A stretch of 29,978 bases of DNA, taken from IMG/VR virus record IMGVR_UViG_3300025782_000049, positions 1 to 29,978 of that record. One strand, 5' to 3'. Under the pieces are notes generated by a model. It saw only the letters and a program-made list of their open reading frames with translations. It was not told the origin of the DNA and made no database searches. This DNA comes from a virus (lineage: Duplodnaviria; Caudoviricetes). The position numbers were made by a program, and so were the translations under genes. Positions within the stretch are counted from its first letter, which is position 1. The number at the start of each line of letters is the position of its first letter. This document shows, piece by piece, positions 8,625-17,062 of the stretch.

Positions 8625-9099
8625 CCTCACCAGCCTAGCTGGTGGTATTTACATCTACCTCATTGTGGCTGGCTTGTCTGGCGTAATTGCTGGATATGGA
8701 GCATATAGCTGGACATCGGACTACTATATTGCTAAAATAGAAAAGTCCAATTTAGAAGCGGAGCAAAAAGTAAATGATATACAACAACAAGGCGACCGTC
8801 TGGTTGCAGATTACGTTAAGCAAATTGAACAACTGGGTAATGTCAATGCCAGTCTTCAGCAACAAATTTCTAGTACGGTACATTTTAGTAACAACGGTAC
8901 TTGTGCTATTCCTAATGCTTATGTTAGGTTGTACAACGCAAGTGCAACTGGTCAAGCCTCAGCCCCCAGCAGCCTTGATGGAGCCCCCACCTCCCTTGAC
9001 CTTGCTACCATCCTCAGCGTCGCAGCTGAAAACAACTCCAAATACCTCAAAGTAGCTCAGCAGTTAAAAGATTTACAGGCATTCGAAAACGCCAAGTAA
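8602..9099 (+). CDS. rz: Rz-like inner-membrane spanin (i-spanin), 165 aa
   Basis: N-terminal TM (IYIYLIVAGLSGVIAGYGAY), periplasmic coiled coil and a Cys. Contains an embedded lipoprotein gene. Confidence 0.75.
   Translation: MWKTLLTNLTSLAGGIYIYLIVAGLSGVIAGYGAYSWTSDYYIAKIEKSNLEAEQKVNDIQQQGDRLVADYVKQIEQLGNVNASLQQQISSTVHFSNNGTCAIPNAYVRLYNASATGQASAPSSLDGAPTSLDLATILSVAAENNSKYLKVAQQLKDLQAFENAK
8840..9055 (+). CDS. rz1: Rz1-like outer-membrane lipoprotein spanin (o-spanin), fully embedded in rz in the +1 frame
   Basis: MSMPVFSNKFLVRYILVTTVLVLFLMLMLG-C lipobox. The mature part is 41 aa and Pro-rich (CTTQVQLVKPQPPAALMEPPPPL...). Start is 8840 or 8846. Confidence 0.75.
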   Translation: MSMPVFSNKFLVRYILVTTVLVLFLMLMLGCTTQVQLVKPQPPAALMEPPPPLTLLPSSASQLKTTPNTSK

Positions 9100-9102
9100 A
9101 TT

Positions 9103-9113
9103 TGCATTAATAT
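9103..9113 (+). promoter_or_regulatory. Half-site (TGCATTAATAT) of the conserved promoter motif, upstream of the endolysin gene
   Basis: Exact downstream box, but no TTTAGGGCG at the 16-nt spacing. Confidence 0.55.
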
Positions 9114-9130
9114 ACTGCAAAGGAGTTATC

Positions 9131-9652
9131 ATGAATAGAAGGCTATTTTTAGCTATTTGGTTGTGCACCCTTATCTGGATAGTGCAACAGTTACAAATTA
9201 CCAGGACGATTGAGCAAGACATCGTGGCCATCACCAAATCGACATTTAACTTTATTACCCACTTTGAAGGTAAGAAAAACACAGCCTACCGGGACTCTAA
9301 GGGTCTTTGGACGATTGGCGTGGGCCACCTCATCAAACCCGATGAGCAGTACCTACTCCACGCGACCCTGACAGACGAACAGGTAGAAGAGCTGTTTAGA
9401 AGCGATTTAAGGTGGTGTGACGAGGCCGTTTCGAGTTCGGTGAGGGCTCCCCTTAACCAGAACCAATACGACGCCCTATACAGCCTCTGCTTCAATATTG
9501 GAGCGGACCATTTTAAGCAATCTGAGGTAGTCCAGCACATTAACCAGCTAGATTACGCAAAAGCGGCCGATGCCTTCCTTAACTGGAGCAAACCCCCTGT
9601 ATTGCGGCCACGTAGAGAAAAGGAAAGAACCCTATTCCTGACAGCAATTTAG
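9131..9652 (+). CDS. GH24 lysozyme endolysin with N-terminal hydrophobic anchor (SAR/signal-like), 173 aa
   Basis: Catalytic E-x8-D-x5-T (FEGKKNTAYRDSKGLWTIGVGH), NQNQYDAL.S..FNIG and RR..E motifs. N-terminus is MNRRLFLAIWLCTLIWIV. Confidence 0.9.
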   Translation: MNRRLFLAIWLCTLIWIVQQLQITRTIEQDIVAITKSTFNFITHFEGKKNTAYRDSKGLWTIGVGHLIKPDEQYLLHATLTDEQVEELFRSDLRWCDEAVSSSVRAPLNQNQYDALYSLCFNIGADHFKQSEVVQHINQLDYAKAADAFLNWSKPPVLRPRREKERTLFLTAI

Positions 9653-9683
9653 GGCGTTTTGGGCAGTATTTGTGCATTAATAT
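9648..9683 (+). promoter_or_regulatory. Conserved bipartite late-promoter-like motif, copy 2
   Basis: TTTAGGGCG (9648-9656, overlapping the endolysin TAG), 16 nt, TGCATTAATAT (9673-9683). Confidence 0.8.
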
Positions 9684-9731
9684 TAATAGGATCTGATCAA
9701 TCCATCACTCAACCAAACTCGAGGAAATACC

Positions 9732-10748
9732 ATGGAAGGCTTTACAAAATTACCTAAGATGCAGTGCTTCAAAGAAGGCGGCAACGTAAAGGTCAAAAAG
9801 ATGTGCGGCGGCGGCTCATACAAAAAGGGCGGCGAAGTTGAAAAAGGCGACATCGAGCAAGACAAGAAAATGATTAAAAAGGCTTTTAAGCAACACGATA
9901 AAGCCGAACATGACAAGTCTGAACCAACCGAGATCAAACTCAAAAAAGGTGGCCGTAGCAAAAAAGAAGTCGGCACAGTTAAAAAATACAAAACTGGTGG
10001 TTCTGTAGAAAACGTTTATGGTGCCAAGAAAAAAGCTGGCGATTTAGACCGTATCGAAAAGACTAAAGATATTAAACCAGGTAAGGCTGCAGCTCCTTCC
10101 AAGGCAGAAGAAAAACCAACCTTCAAGGGCAGCGACGTTAGCAAGACTAACAAGATGCCAGCTGGCGACAAAGACAAAATCAAAAAAGTAGCCCCCACTG
10201 GCGACAAAAAAGCTGCTGCCGCTTCTGGTGCTAAAGAAATGGCTAACAAGTACAAAAAAGGCGGTGAAGTAAAAAAGTTTGCTGACGGCCGCTCAACGGG
10301 CGTGCCGTCTGCCGTACAAAATGCTGTTATCCTAAAAGACTTAGAAAACCAGCGTATGGCTGATCGTGCCAAGAATGCACTAAAATATCTTGGCCCAGCA
10401 CAGCAATCTCAGTTTATTAACCAGGGTGGTATGAACCCAAGCCCAATGACATCTAACATTGGTGCAGGCAACCCAGGTGGTATGCCTGGTGGTTCAACTA
10501 TCCCTGGCGGCCAAAAACGCGGTGGTAAAGTTAAAAAATACGCACCCGGTGGCAAAATTGGAAAAATTGCAGCAGGTTTATTTCCGGGCGCATTATTTGG
10601 TCTTCCAACAGCTGCCGCAATATACAGCAACGAAAAAGCTAAAGATGCAAAAGTAGAAGAAGCTGCTGCTGCTGCTAAAGACAAAGAAGCAGAAACTAAA
10701 TCTGATTCTGTTGCTAAAAAACGCGGCGGTAAGGTAAAGAAAAAGTAA
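9732..10748 (+). CDS. Lys-rich, probably disordered internal virion protein with about 9-10 KxGG/YAxGG repeats (338 aa)
   Basis: Strong RBS GAGGA. Contains [51 protein letters not shown] and KKRGGKV. Confidence 0.7.
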   Translation: MEGFTKLPKMQCFKEGGNVKVKKMCGGGSYKKGGEVEKGDIEQDKKMIKKAFKQHDKAEHDKSEPTEIKLKKGGRSKKEVGTVKKYKTGGSVENVYGAKKKAGDLDRIEKTKDIKPGKAAAPSKAEEKPTFKGSDVSKTNKMPAGDKDKIKKVAPTGDKKAAAASGAKEMANKYKKGGEVKKFADGRSTGVPSAVQNAVILKDLENQRMADRAKNALKYLGPAQQSQFINQGGMNPSPMTSNIGAGNPGGMPGGSTIPGGQKRGGKVKKYAPGGKIGKIAAGLFPGALFGLPTAAAIYSNEKAKDAKVEEAAAAAKDKEAETKSDSVAKKRGGKVKKK

Positions 10749-10749
10749 T

Positions 10750-10917
10750 ATGCCAATCAAATCCAAAGACCAGCAAGCTGCGATGTATGCAGCCGCTGCT
10801 GGAAAAAGCACACTAGGCATTCCCAAAAAAGTGGGGAAAGAATTTGTTAAGGCTGGTAAAGCCAAAGCAAACCTACCACAAAAAGTAATGAAAAAGGCCG
10901 CTGGCCGAGGACGTTAA
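10750..10917 (+). CDS. Small basic conserved phage protein (55 aa), not in the ORF track
   Basis: [55 protein letters not shown]. It exactly fills the gap between 10748 and 10921. Confidence 0.75.
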   Translation: MPIKSKDQQAAMYAAAAGKSTLGIPKKVGKEFVKAGKAKANLPQKVMKKAAGRGR

Positions 10918-10920
10918 TCC

Positions 10921-12000
10921 ATGGCCTACTCAGGTACATACAACCAGACAACAGTTAATGTCGATCAACTAATTTCGTACGCCTATCGTGATGCGGGTAG
11001 AACCGCAGAAGAGATGACGCCCGAGTTAGTTAACGCTGGTAAGCAGGCCCTGTTTTATGTCTTGCAAAACTCAGTCAACCGCGGCATCAATATCTGGTTG
11101 CAAAAGATTGAGATTATTGGTGCACAAACCAACCAGCAGTTTTTAACCATGCCTGCTAACTGCGTGGATGTGTTAGAAGCAAACTGGGTTTATATCACAA
11201 ACCCTGCGGTCTCTGGTTATTTGCCTGCCGATAATGGCAACGTTCCTGCGTTGTTTGATCAGACCAATAACGCCAACTTGTTGCTACACGCAACAACCAC
11301 GTTATCAGAAAACTACTTTGGTGCAGCTTATGGCCAAGGTACTCGTCTGTTCTACATTGGTTTTAATGCTTACTCACCAAACACCACCACTACCTACTCA
11401 CTGGATTTACAAGTCAGTAATGATGGTATTAATTGGACAACTTGGCAATCTTTCCCAGACGCCACGCTGTCTGATTTTCAATGGCAATACTTCCAAGTAA
11501 ACCCAACTCAGGGTTTCTATTATTATCGCCTTCAAAACCGTAACACTAGCTCAACCTATTCGTTACGCGCTATCCAATTTGCGCAATCACAACAAGTAAT
11601 CCCAATGGCTCGTCTGAACCGTACTGATTACTTTGACTTGCCTAATAAACAATTCCCAAGCCAACGCACACTGCAATACTGGTTCGATCGTCAGATCGTG
11701 CCACAGATGGCGCTATGGCCAGTACCAAACAACAACTTCCAGGTATTTGAAATGATCCTGGAATTGCAACCCCAAGATGTTGGCTCATTGACAAATGAAT
11801 TATACATGCCTGACCGTGTCATTCCTTACATGCAGGCTGCCTTATCGCACAAGTTAGCGATGCAGTTACCTGGTATTGATCTGCAACGTGTTCAGTATTT
11901 AGAAAAGCTGGCCATGCAGGCACGTCAAGAGTTTGAAGATGAGGATCGTGATAAGTCTCCGATCTACTTCCAACCTAATATTTCTTACTATACGAGGTAA
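10921..12000 (+). CDS. Head-tail adaptor-like protein with inserted discoidin (F5/8 type C)-like domain (359 aa)
   Basis: Adaptor-type N-terminus (LI..AY...G...NRGINIW) and C-terminus (Y..LPNK....P.QYW.DR....LWP.P). The central insert has LQVSNDGINW and YYYRL. Confidence 0.6.
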   Translation: MAYSGTYNQTTVNVDQLISYAYRDAGRTAEEMTPELVNAGKQALFYVLQNSVNRGINIWLQKIEIIGAQTNQQFLTMPANCVDVLEANWVYITNPAVSGYLPADNGNVPALFDQTNNANLLLHATTTLSENYFGAAYGQGTRLFYIGFNAYSPNTTTTYSLDLQVSNDGINWTTWQSFPDATLSDFQWQYFQVNPTQGFYYYRLQNRNTSSTYSLRAIQFAQSQQVIPMARLNRTDYFDLPNKQFPSQRTLQYWFDRQIVPQMALWPVPNNNFQVFEMILELQPQDVGSLTNELYMPDRVIPYMQAALSHKLAMQLPGIDLQRVQYLEKLAMQARQEFEDEDRDKSPIYFQPNISYYTR

Positions 12001-12004
12001 TTAA

Positions 12005-12619
12005 ATGTCAGTGATAATGACCTACGACAGCCTCGTTCTTAACATCCAGCAATACATGGAGCGGGACGATGCTGACTTTATTGCGCAGATCCCCAATCTG
12101 ATTGCACTTACTGAGTCGTCAATTGCTGCTGAGTTAAAAACTTTCATGCAGTTAATTGTGGTGGAGACTAGCTTAGCAACAAATCAAACTGTTCTCAATA
12201 AACCATCACGCTGGCGCAAGACAGTATCGATGAAAGTTAACGGCGAGCCTATTTTGTTACGTAGCCAAGATTACGTGGCCCAGTATCAATCTGAATCAAC
12301 TAACGGGCAACCAATTTACTATTCCGATTACGATTATAGCAACTGGAATTTCGCACCAAAACCAGACCAAAATTATCCAGTAGAAATTATTTACTTTGCT
12401 GAAATTCAACCCCTGGACGCAAACAATCAACAAAACTTGTGGACACAAATTGCACCACAAGCGATGCTTTATGGTTCATTGTTGCAGGCCCAGGGTTACT
12501 TAAAGGCACTGGATAAGTTACCTGTCTGGAAACAATACTACACTGATGCACTTGCAGCGCTCAAAAAAGAAGACGATGCTCGCCGCGTGGATCGCAATAC
12601 TACGGTTCAGGAACCTTAA
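12005..12619 (+). CDS. Second adaptor/neck-type virion protein (204 aa)
   Basis: TY..L...I..Y..R....F...IP..I.L.E start, G.P.YY, AP.PD..Y, N.W....P..LYG.L. Position between adaptor and nozzle. Confidence 0.6.
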   Translation: MSVIMTYDSLVLNIQQYMERDDADFIAQIPNLIALTESSIAAELKTFMQLIVVETSLATNQTVLNKPSRWRKTVSMKVNGEPILLRSQDYVAQYQSESTNGQPIYYSDYDYSNWNFAPKPDQNYPVEIIYFAEIQPLDANNQQNLWTQIAPQAMLYGSLLQAQGYLKALDKLPVWKQYYTDALAALKKEDDARRVDRNTTVQEP

Positions 12620-12622
12620 AAT

Positions 12623-13906
12623 ATGACAACTCCAGTCTACACATCGCCCTTTACAGGTACCGTTGTTACCCCAACGGATGTATCTTATTATGCACTCTCT
12701 TTTGGTTCAGTTACGCCCCTCTATTGGCCTTCCATTGTTAATCAAGGTGTGGGTGAAATACCTGCTGCTCGCATTATCGATTGCGTTTGTACTAGTGCTA
12801 ATGCAAATGCTGCTGTCATTACTTTACCGCAAGCTAATCAGGGAACAGTTGGCGCGGACATTTTGTTCCGCAACCTTGGCTCAAATACATTCACAATTAA
12901 AGACTATACGGGTGCAAACTCCGTTAGTGTACCTAATGGTATTTCAAAGTATTTTTATCTTACTGATAATACTACTCCTGGCGGTATCTGGGGCAATGTA
13001 ACTTTTGCTGCTGGCACATCATATGCTGATGCAGCCACATTAGCTGGTGCTGGTTTAACTACCGTTAATGGTAAATTAGCCACCTCACAAAATACTGTTG
13101 ATGTAACATCTACACCAGTTATTAGCGACACCAGCCGTGCTGCAACTTTTGTTTGGAATGGTGGCGCTGGCACATTTAATCTACCAACACCACAGACACT
13201 AACTTACGGTTGGTATATTGGCTTTAGAAATAATGGTACTGGTAGTCTTGCTATTATCCCCCCAGTTCCAGCTTTAATTAATAACACAAGCGAAATTGTT
13301 ACCAACCCAGGTGATTCCGGATTTATTTTCTATGATGCTACCGCGGGTGGTTTCATTACTGTTGGTTGGGTTGCTCCATCTGCTGTAACATTTAACTCAG
13401 CAACATACGATGTGGACACCATTATTGGTAACACATTTAACCTAACATCATACGCCCCAATCATCCAGACTTACATTGCACAGTCTGGTACTCGTACACA
13501 AAACCTAGCAGTAACATTGCCAGCTATTACCCAGATTTATATTTTGGTAAATAATACCAATCAAACGGGTTACAATATTACTTTTCAATGTCAAGGCAGC
13601 ACACAGACACCAATTATTTTATCAGCCGGTAATATTTTTACTGTATTGAGTGACGGTACAAATTTGTATGTATTGACAGCTTCTTCCACTGGTTTATTTT
13701 ACGCATCTAATGGTACACAATCGTTGCCAGCGTATTCGTTTAATAACGATACAACCAGCGGTATGTATTTGGTCGGTACTGGCGTTTTGGGTTTAACTGC
13801 AAACGGTTCTGAGATTGTCAATATGGATGGATCAAATCCTTCTGCACCAGCAGTCAATGTACTTGCATCATTAAACGCTAAATCAATTAGTGGCGGGACG
13901 TTCTAA
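12623..13906 (+). CDS. Tail structural protein, possible fibre-attachment protein (427 aa)
   Basis: Three repeated TLP...G....RN beta modules, P.YSF..D..SG.Y, and a C-terminal ISGGTF. Confidence 0.6.
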   Translation: MTTPVYTSPFTGTVVTPTDVSYYALSFGSVTPLYWPSIVNQGVGEIPAARIIDCVCTSANANAAVITLPQANQGTVGADILFRNLGSNTFTIKDYTGANSVSVPNGISKYFYLTDNTTPGGIWGNVTFAAGTSYADAATLAGAGLTTVNGKLATSQNTVDVTSTPVISDTSRAATFVWNGGAGTFNLPTPQTLTYGWYIGFRNNGTGSLAIIPPVPALINNTSEIVTNPGDSGFIFYDATAGGFITVGWVAPSAVTFNSATYDVDTIIGNTFNLTSYAPIIQTYIAQSGTRTQNLAVTLPAITQIYILVNNTNQTGYNITFQCQGSTQTPIILSAGNIFTVLSDGTNLYVLTASSTGLFYASNGTQSLPAYSFNNDTTSGMYLVGTGVLGLTANGSEIVNMDGSNPSAPAVNVLASLNAKSISGGTF

Positions 13907-16084
13907 ATGGCAGCTGATAATGTTCAGCAAGATACCTCACAGTTTACCCGGATCTATACATTAGCAGTTCCACCGGGCATTAAACGTGACGGCACTTACT
14001 TTGAAACCGACGAGTACACCGACGGTGTGTGGTGTCGTTTTCAGCGTGGTGTTCCCAAAAAGATGGGTGGCTATCGCTCAATCTTTACCAGCCTGGTTGG
14101 TATCTATCGAGGCATGGTGGCGCAACCATACAACGGTGTTAACTACATCTTTGCTGGCAACTACAAAGAGCTAGATGTATTTACCACCGGCACAACCTTT
14201 GCTACTGGCAGCGGCCCGTTCCCAGTTACTATTTTACCTGGCACTTCTTTTGTCCCGGTTGCAAATAGTAACTCAATCACCTCTACCATTACTATCAGTG
14301 GTAACGCAGTAGCCACATTCCCAAATACTAGCCATCTCATATTTCAGCAAACCAGTAATGCTACAACTTTTACTGTTTCATCTGCAACTTATGGCTCAAA
14401 TGTTACAACAGTAACTTTGACTGGTGGTACAGTTCCATCTAACGCAAATACTGTTTATTTAACAAGCAATGCCGTATTTACACCAGACCCAGTAAACGGT
14501 CCTTACTTAAACAACTGGCAGTTTGATGCGCAGTTTAGTCCATATGGTGGACAGCTGTATGTGCTCGCGCATCCAGCTAAAGATTTAGTTAATATTGATA
14601 GTGGCGTTGCAAGTCAAGTACTGATTGGGCAAATTACCCCAGGCAACAATTATAGTTGGTCATTTACTGGATTGTCAGATAGCCAAGGACAGTTCCCAAC
14701 ATACAAACCAATCTCTGTTGACGGAGGTGTCTGTGTCCTGTATCCATTTATTTTCGTGTATGGCTCTCATGGGTTTATCGCTAACAATAATGTTAATGGT
14801 ACTTATGGGAATCAAAATTTTTATGATTGGAACGGACCTTTAGCCAACCAAGTTAACGTTGGTAGTTCTAAGATTGTTAAAGGCCTACCAATGCGCGGAG
14901 GTACTAATGCTCCGTCCGGTTTGTTCTGGGCCACAGATAGTCTAATTCGTGTTACCTTTAATCCGGCGGGTTCAACAGCTTCTACTGTCCCATCAACCTA
15001 CTGGAACTACGATATTGTTTCTAGCCAAATCTCAATTATGTCTTCTAACGCAGTGGTGGAGATGGACGGAGCTTATTGGTGGATGGGTATTGACCGTTTC
15101 TATGTATACAACGGTAGCGTGCAGGTTCTCCCTAATGATAAGAACATAAATTACCTGTTTGATAACATCAACTACGAGCAACGTCAAAAAGTATGGGCCA
15201 CTAAAGTGCCCCGCTACAATGAGATTTGGTTCTTTTATCCCCGTGGCACCGCTACTGAGTGTACTGATGCTATTATCTATAATGTCAAAGATAAGATCTG
15301 GTACGATGCTGGCCAAGCGGTAGGGGCGCAACGCTCTTGTGGATACACCACAGAATTGTTTCCTAATCCAATTTGGATTGATTGGAATTACGACCCCATA
15401 CTCGGTACAGCAGTTGACGTGATTGCACACCCAGCCAGTTTACCGGCCCCAGCTTCAAATCAATTTTATTTACCTGGCGATCAAACAGCAACATTTAGTC
15501 CTGGCGATAGTGTAACGTTTTCAAATGTCCCACAAAACCCAACCTATTTAATCACTGGCAGTCAAAACATTTATAATACTACGGTTAAACCCCCTGGGGT
15601 TACTTTAGTAACAGTGTCAACTGCAATCTCACCTTTGCCGGTTGTTGGCGAACCAGTTTATTATATTACTGGCGGATATAACGTTTGGCAACATGAATAT
15701 GGCCAAAATCAAATTGCATTAAACGGAGAGACAGCAATTTACTCCAGTATTACCACTAGTGATATTAGTTGGATTTCTGGAACCCCAGGCGGTGATTCTT
15801 TAATTGGTGTCAACCGTCGTATGCACATCCGTCGTGTAGAGCCAAACTTTTTACAATCTGGTGAAATGTCGATGACCATCTTGGGTCGTAAATTTGCCAG
15901 TGGCACGATGACTGAAGATGAGCAAGATTCAGGCCCATATTATTTTAACCCAAACACTGGTAAAATTGACCTACGTGTTGAGCATCGCCTAATTCAGTTA
16001 AAGTTTGAATCTAATACCCTTGGCGGTAATTTTGAGATGGGTAAATTAGTCATTACGGCCGAGTACGGTGATGAGCGCCCCTAA
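13907..16084 (+). CDS. Tail nozzle / DNA-stabilisation protein (P22 gp10 / T7 gp12-like position), 725 aa
   Basis: PPGIKRDGT....W.RF..G.PKKMGG start, beta-propeller-like aromatic pattern (YWWMG..RFY.Y.G, NEIWFFYP), plus size and synteny. Confidence 0.7.
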   Translation: MAADNVQQDTSQFTRIYTLAVPPGIKRDGTYFETDEYTDGVWCRFQRGVPKKMGGYRSIFTSLVGIYRGMVAQPYNGVNYIFAGNYKELDVFTTGTTFATGSGPFPVTILPGTSFVPVANSNSITSTITISGNAVATFPNTSHLIFQQTSNATTFTVSSATYGSNVTTVTLTGGTVPSNANTVYLTSNAVFTPDPVNGPYLNNWQFDAQFSPYGGQLYVLAHPAKDLVNIDSGVASQVLIGQITPGNNYSWSFTGLSDSQGQFPTYKPISVDGGVCVLYPFIFVYGSHGFIANNNVNGTYGNQNFYDWNGPLANQVNVGSSKIVKGLPMRGGTNAPSGLFWATDSLIRVTFNPAGSTASTVPSTYWNYDIVSSQISIMSSNAVVEMDGAYWWMGIDRFYVYNGSVQVLPNDKNINYLFDNINYEQRQKVWATKVPRYNEIWFFYPRGTATECTDAIIYNVKDKIWYDAGQAVGAQRSCGYTTELFPNPIWIDWNYDPILGTAVDVIAHPASLPAPASNQFYLPGDQTATFSPGDSVTFSNVPQNPTYLITGSQNIYNTTVKPPGVTLVTVSTAISPLPVVGEPVYYITGGYNVWQHEYGQNQIALNGETAIYSSITTSDISWISGTPGGDSLIGVNRRMHIRRVEPNFLQSGEMSMTILGRKFASGTMTEDEQDSGPYYFNPNTGKIDLRVEHRLIQLKFESNTLGGNFEMGKLVITAEYGDERP

Positions 16085-16340
16085 GCAAAACGTTATTCCG
16101 CAGTTTTTTCCATGTACAACTCAGCATATGTCTTGGGATGACTGGAATGGCAATCTAGCCATTTATTACAGCCAAGAACATATTATGTTCCAACCTGAGG
16201 AAAATTGGAGACAAGCCGCCCAGCATATGGCTAGTCTGGCAACATTCCAGCCGTTTCCACTGCCAAACCCAGATGCTTATGAAAACTGGCAGGACTGGGC
16301 TAATGAGTTTACCCTGATAGTAAATAAGCCAAATGCTTAA
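16071..16340 (+). CDS. Hypothetical Trp-rich protein (about 89 aa)
   Basis: Overlaps the nozzle gene end. Repeated W.DW/WR..A/WQDWA. Start is 16068 (GTG) or 16071 (ATG). Confidence 0.65.
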   Translation: MSAPKQNVIPQFFPCTTQHMSWDDWNGNLAIYYSQEHIMFQPEENWRQAAQHMASLATFQPFPLPNPDAYENWQDWANEFTLIVNKPNA

Positions 16341-16341
16341 T

Positions 16342-16377
16342 TTTAGGGCGTCTAGTACGCACTTTTTGCATTAATAT
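16342..16377 (+). promoter_or_regulatory. Conserved bipartite late-promoter-like motif, copy 3
   Basis: TTTAGGGCG (16342-16350), 16 nt, TGCATTAATAT (16367-16377). Confidence 0.8.
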
Positions 16378-16406
16378 AAGTAGATACAATAACCAAAGGA
16401 ATCAAA

Positions 16407-16559
16407 ATGCACGGACAACAAACAATGAAGTACCTCAACGATAAAGCCGTTGCTGACGCTATCTTGGCAAAACACAAGACTGATGAGAATGCCATCAATC
16501 CTGAGTTCAAGAAGGCCGTTGAAGAGGCCTTGGCAGCTAAGGCACAAACAGCAAAATAA
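16407..16559 (+). CDS. Small helical hypothetical protein (50 aa), not in the ORF track
   Basis: RBS AAAGGA at 16395-16400. Translation MHGQQTMKYLNDKAVADAILAKHKTDENAINPEFKKAVEEALAAKAQTAK. Confidence 0.7.
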   Translation: MHGQQTMKYLNDKAVADAILAKHKTDENAINPEFKKAVEEALAAKAQTAK

Positions 16560-16567
16560 TAGCTGTT

Positions 16568-17062
16568 GTGGCTTCTTTTGTTAATTCAAAACATCAAAAG
16601 TTATCTCAAGAAGAGATAATTGCTATTGCTGCTAAGGAGACTGGCGGCAAGTATACTGCCGAGCAGATTAAGGCCAGCTTAACTGCTGAGGCTTATGAAA
16701 TGAAAGCATTGATAATGCGAGAAGGCAACACTTTATTTGTTGTTCATCAGGCACCAACCAATGGAAAAATTGCACAATTTAGAGCCATCAACGCAGATAC
16801 AATTCCAAACTATTTGCACAACTCTTTGATATTTACCAAAGCGATTGGCATGGCTGGATTTAAAGTGTTGATTACCCAATTTGACGATGCGTCATTATTG
16901 GGTATTTTTAAATATGTAAAACGTCATGCTCCATTTCCTGGTATGGGATACTCGGCACATAAAAACAGTGATGGTAGTTATACCGTTGTTGTTAATTTAG
17001 GCGAGTCTCAAAAAGGTGGATTACCAGATCGGGCCCAACCAATTGACAAGGGTGGACTATAA
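16568..17062 (+). CDS. Hypothetical protein, possibly GNAT-fold (T7 gp13-like position), 164 aa
   Basis: GTG start, alpha/beta pattern. Lies between the nozzle and ejection genes. The fold call rests on synteny only. Confidence 0.45.
   Translation: MASFVNSKHQKLSQEEIIAIAAKETGGKYTAEQIKASLTAEAYEMKALIMREGNTLFVVHQAPTNGKIAQFRAINADTIPNYLHNSLIFTKAIGMAGFKVLITQFDDASLLGIFKYVKRHAPFPGMGYSAHKNSDGSYTVVVNLGESQKGGLPDRAQPIDKGGL

Noticed and set aside
8774-8839. Longer start for the o-spanin
   Set aside because: It would put the lipobox Cys too far from the N-terminus. Met at 8840 or 8846 gives a normal signal length.
9732-10748. GG motifs as evidence of a ubiquitin-like conjugation system
   Set aside because: No beta-grasp, E1, E2 or JAB domain was recognised in the window, and the GG is never the actual C-terminus. 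It is kept only as a generic tag or cleavage hypothesis.
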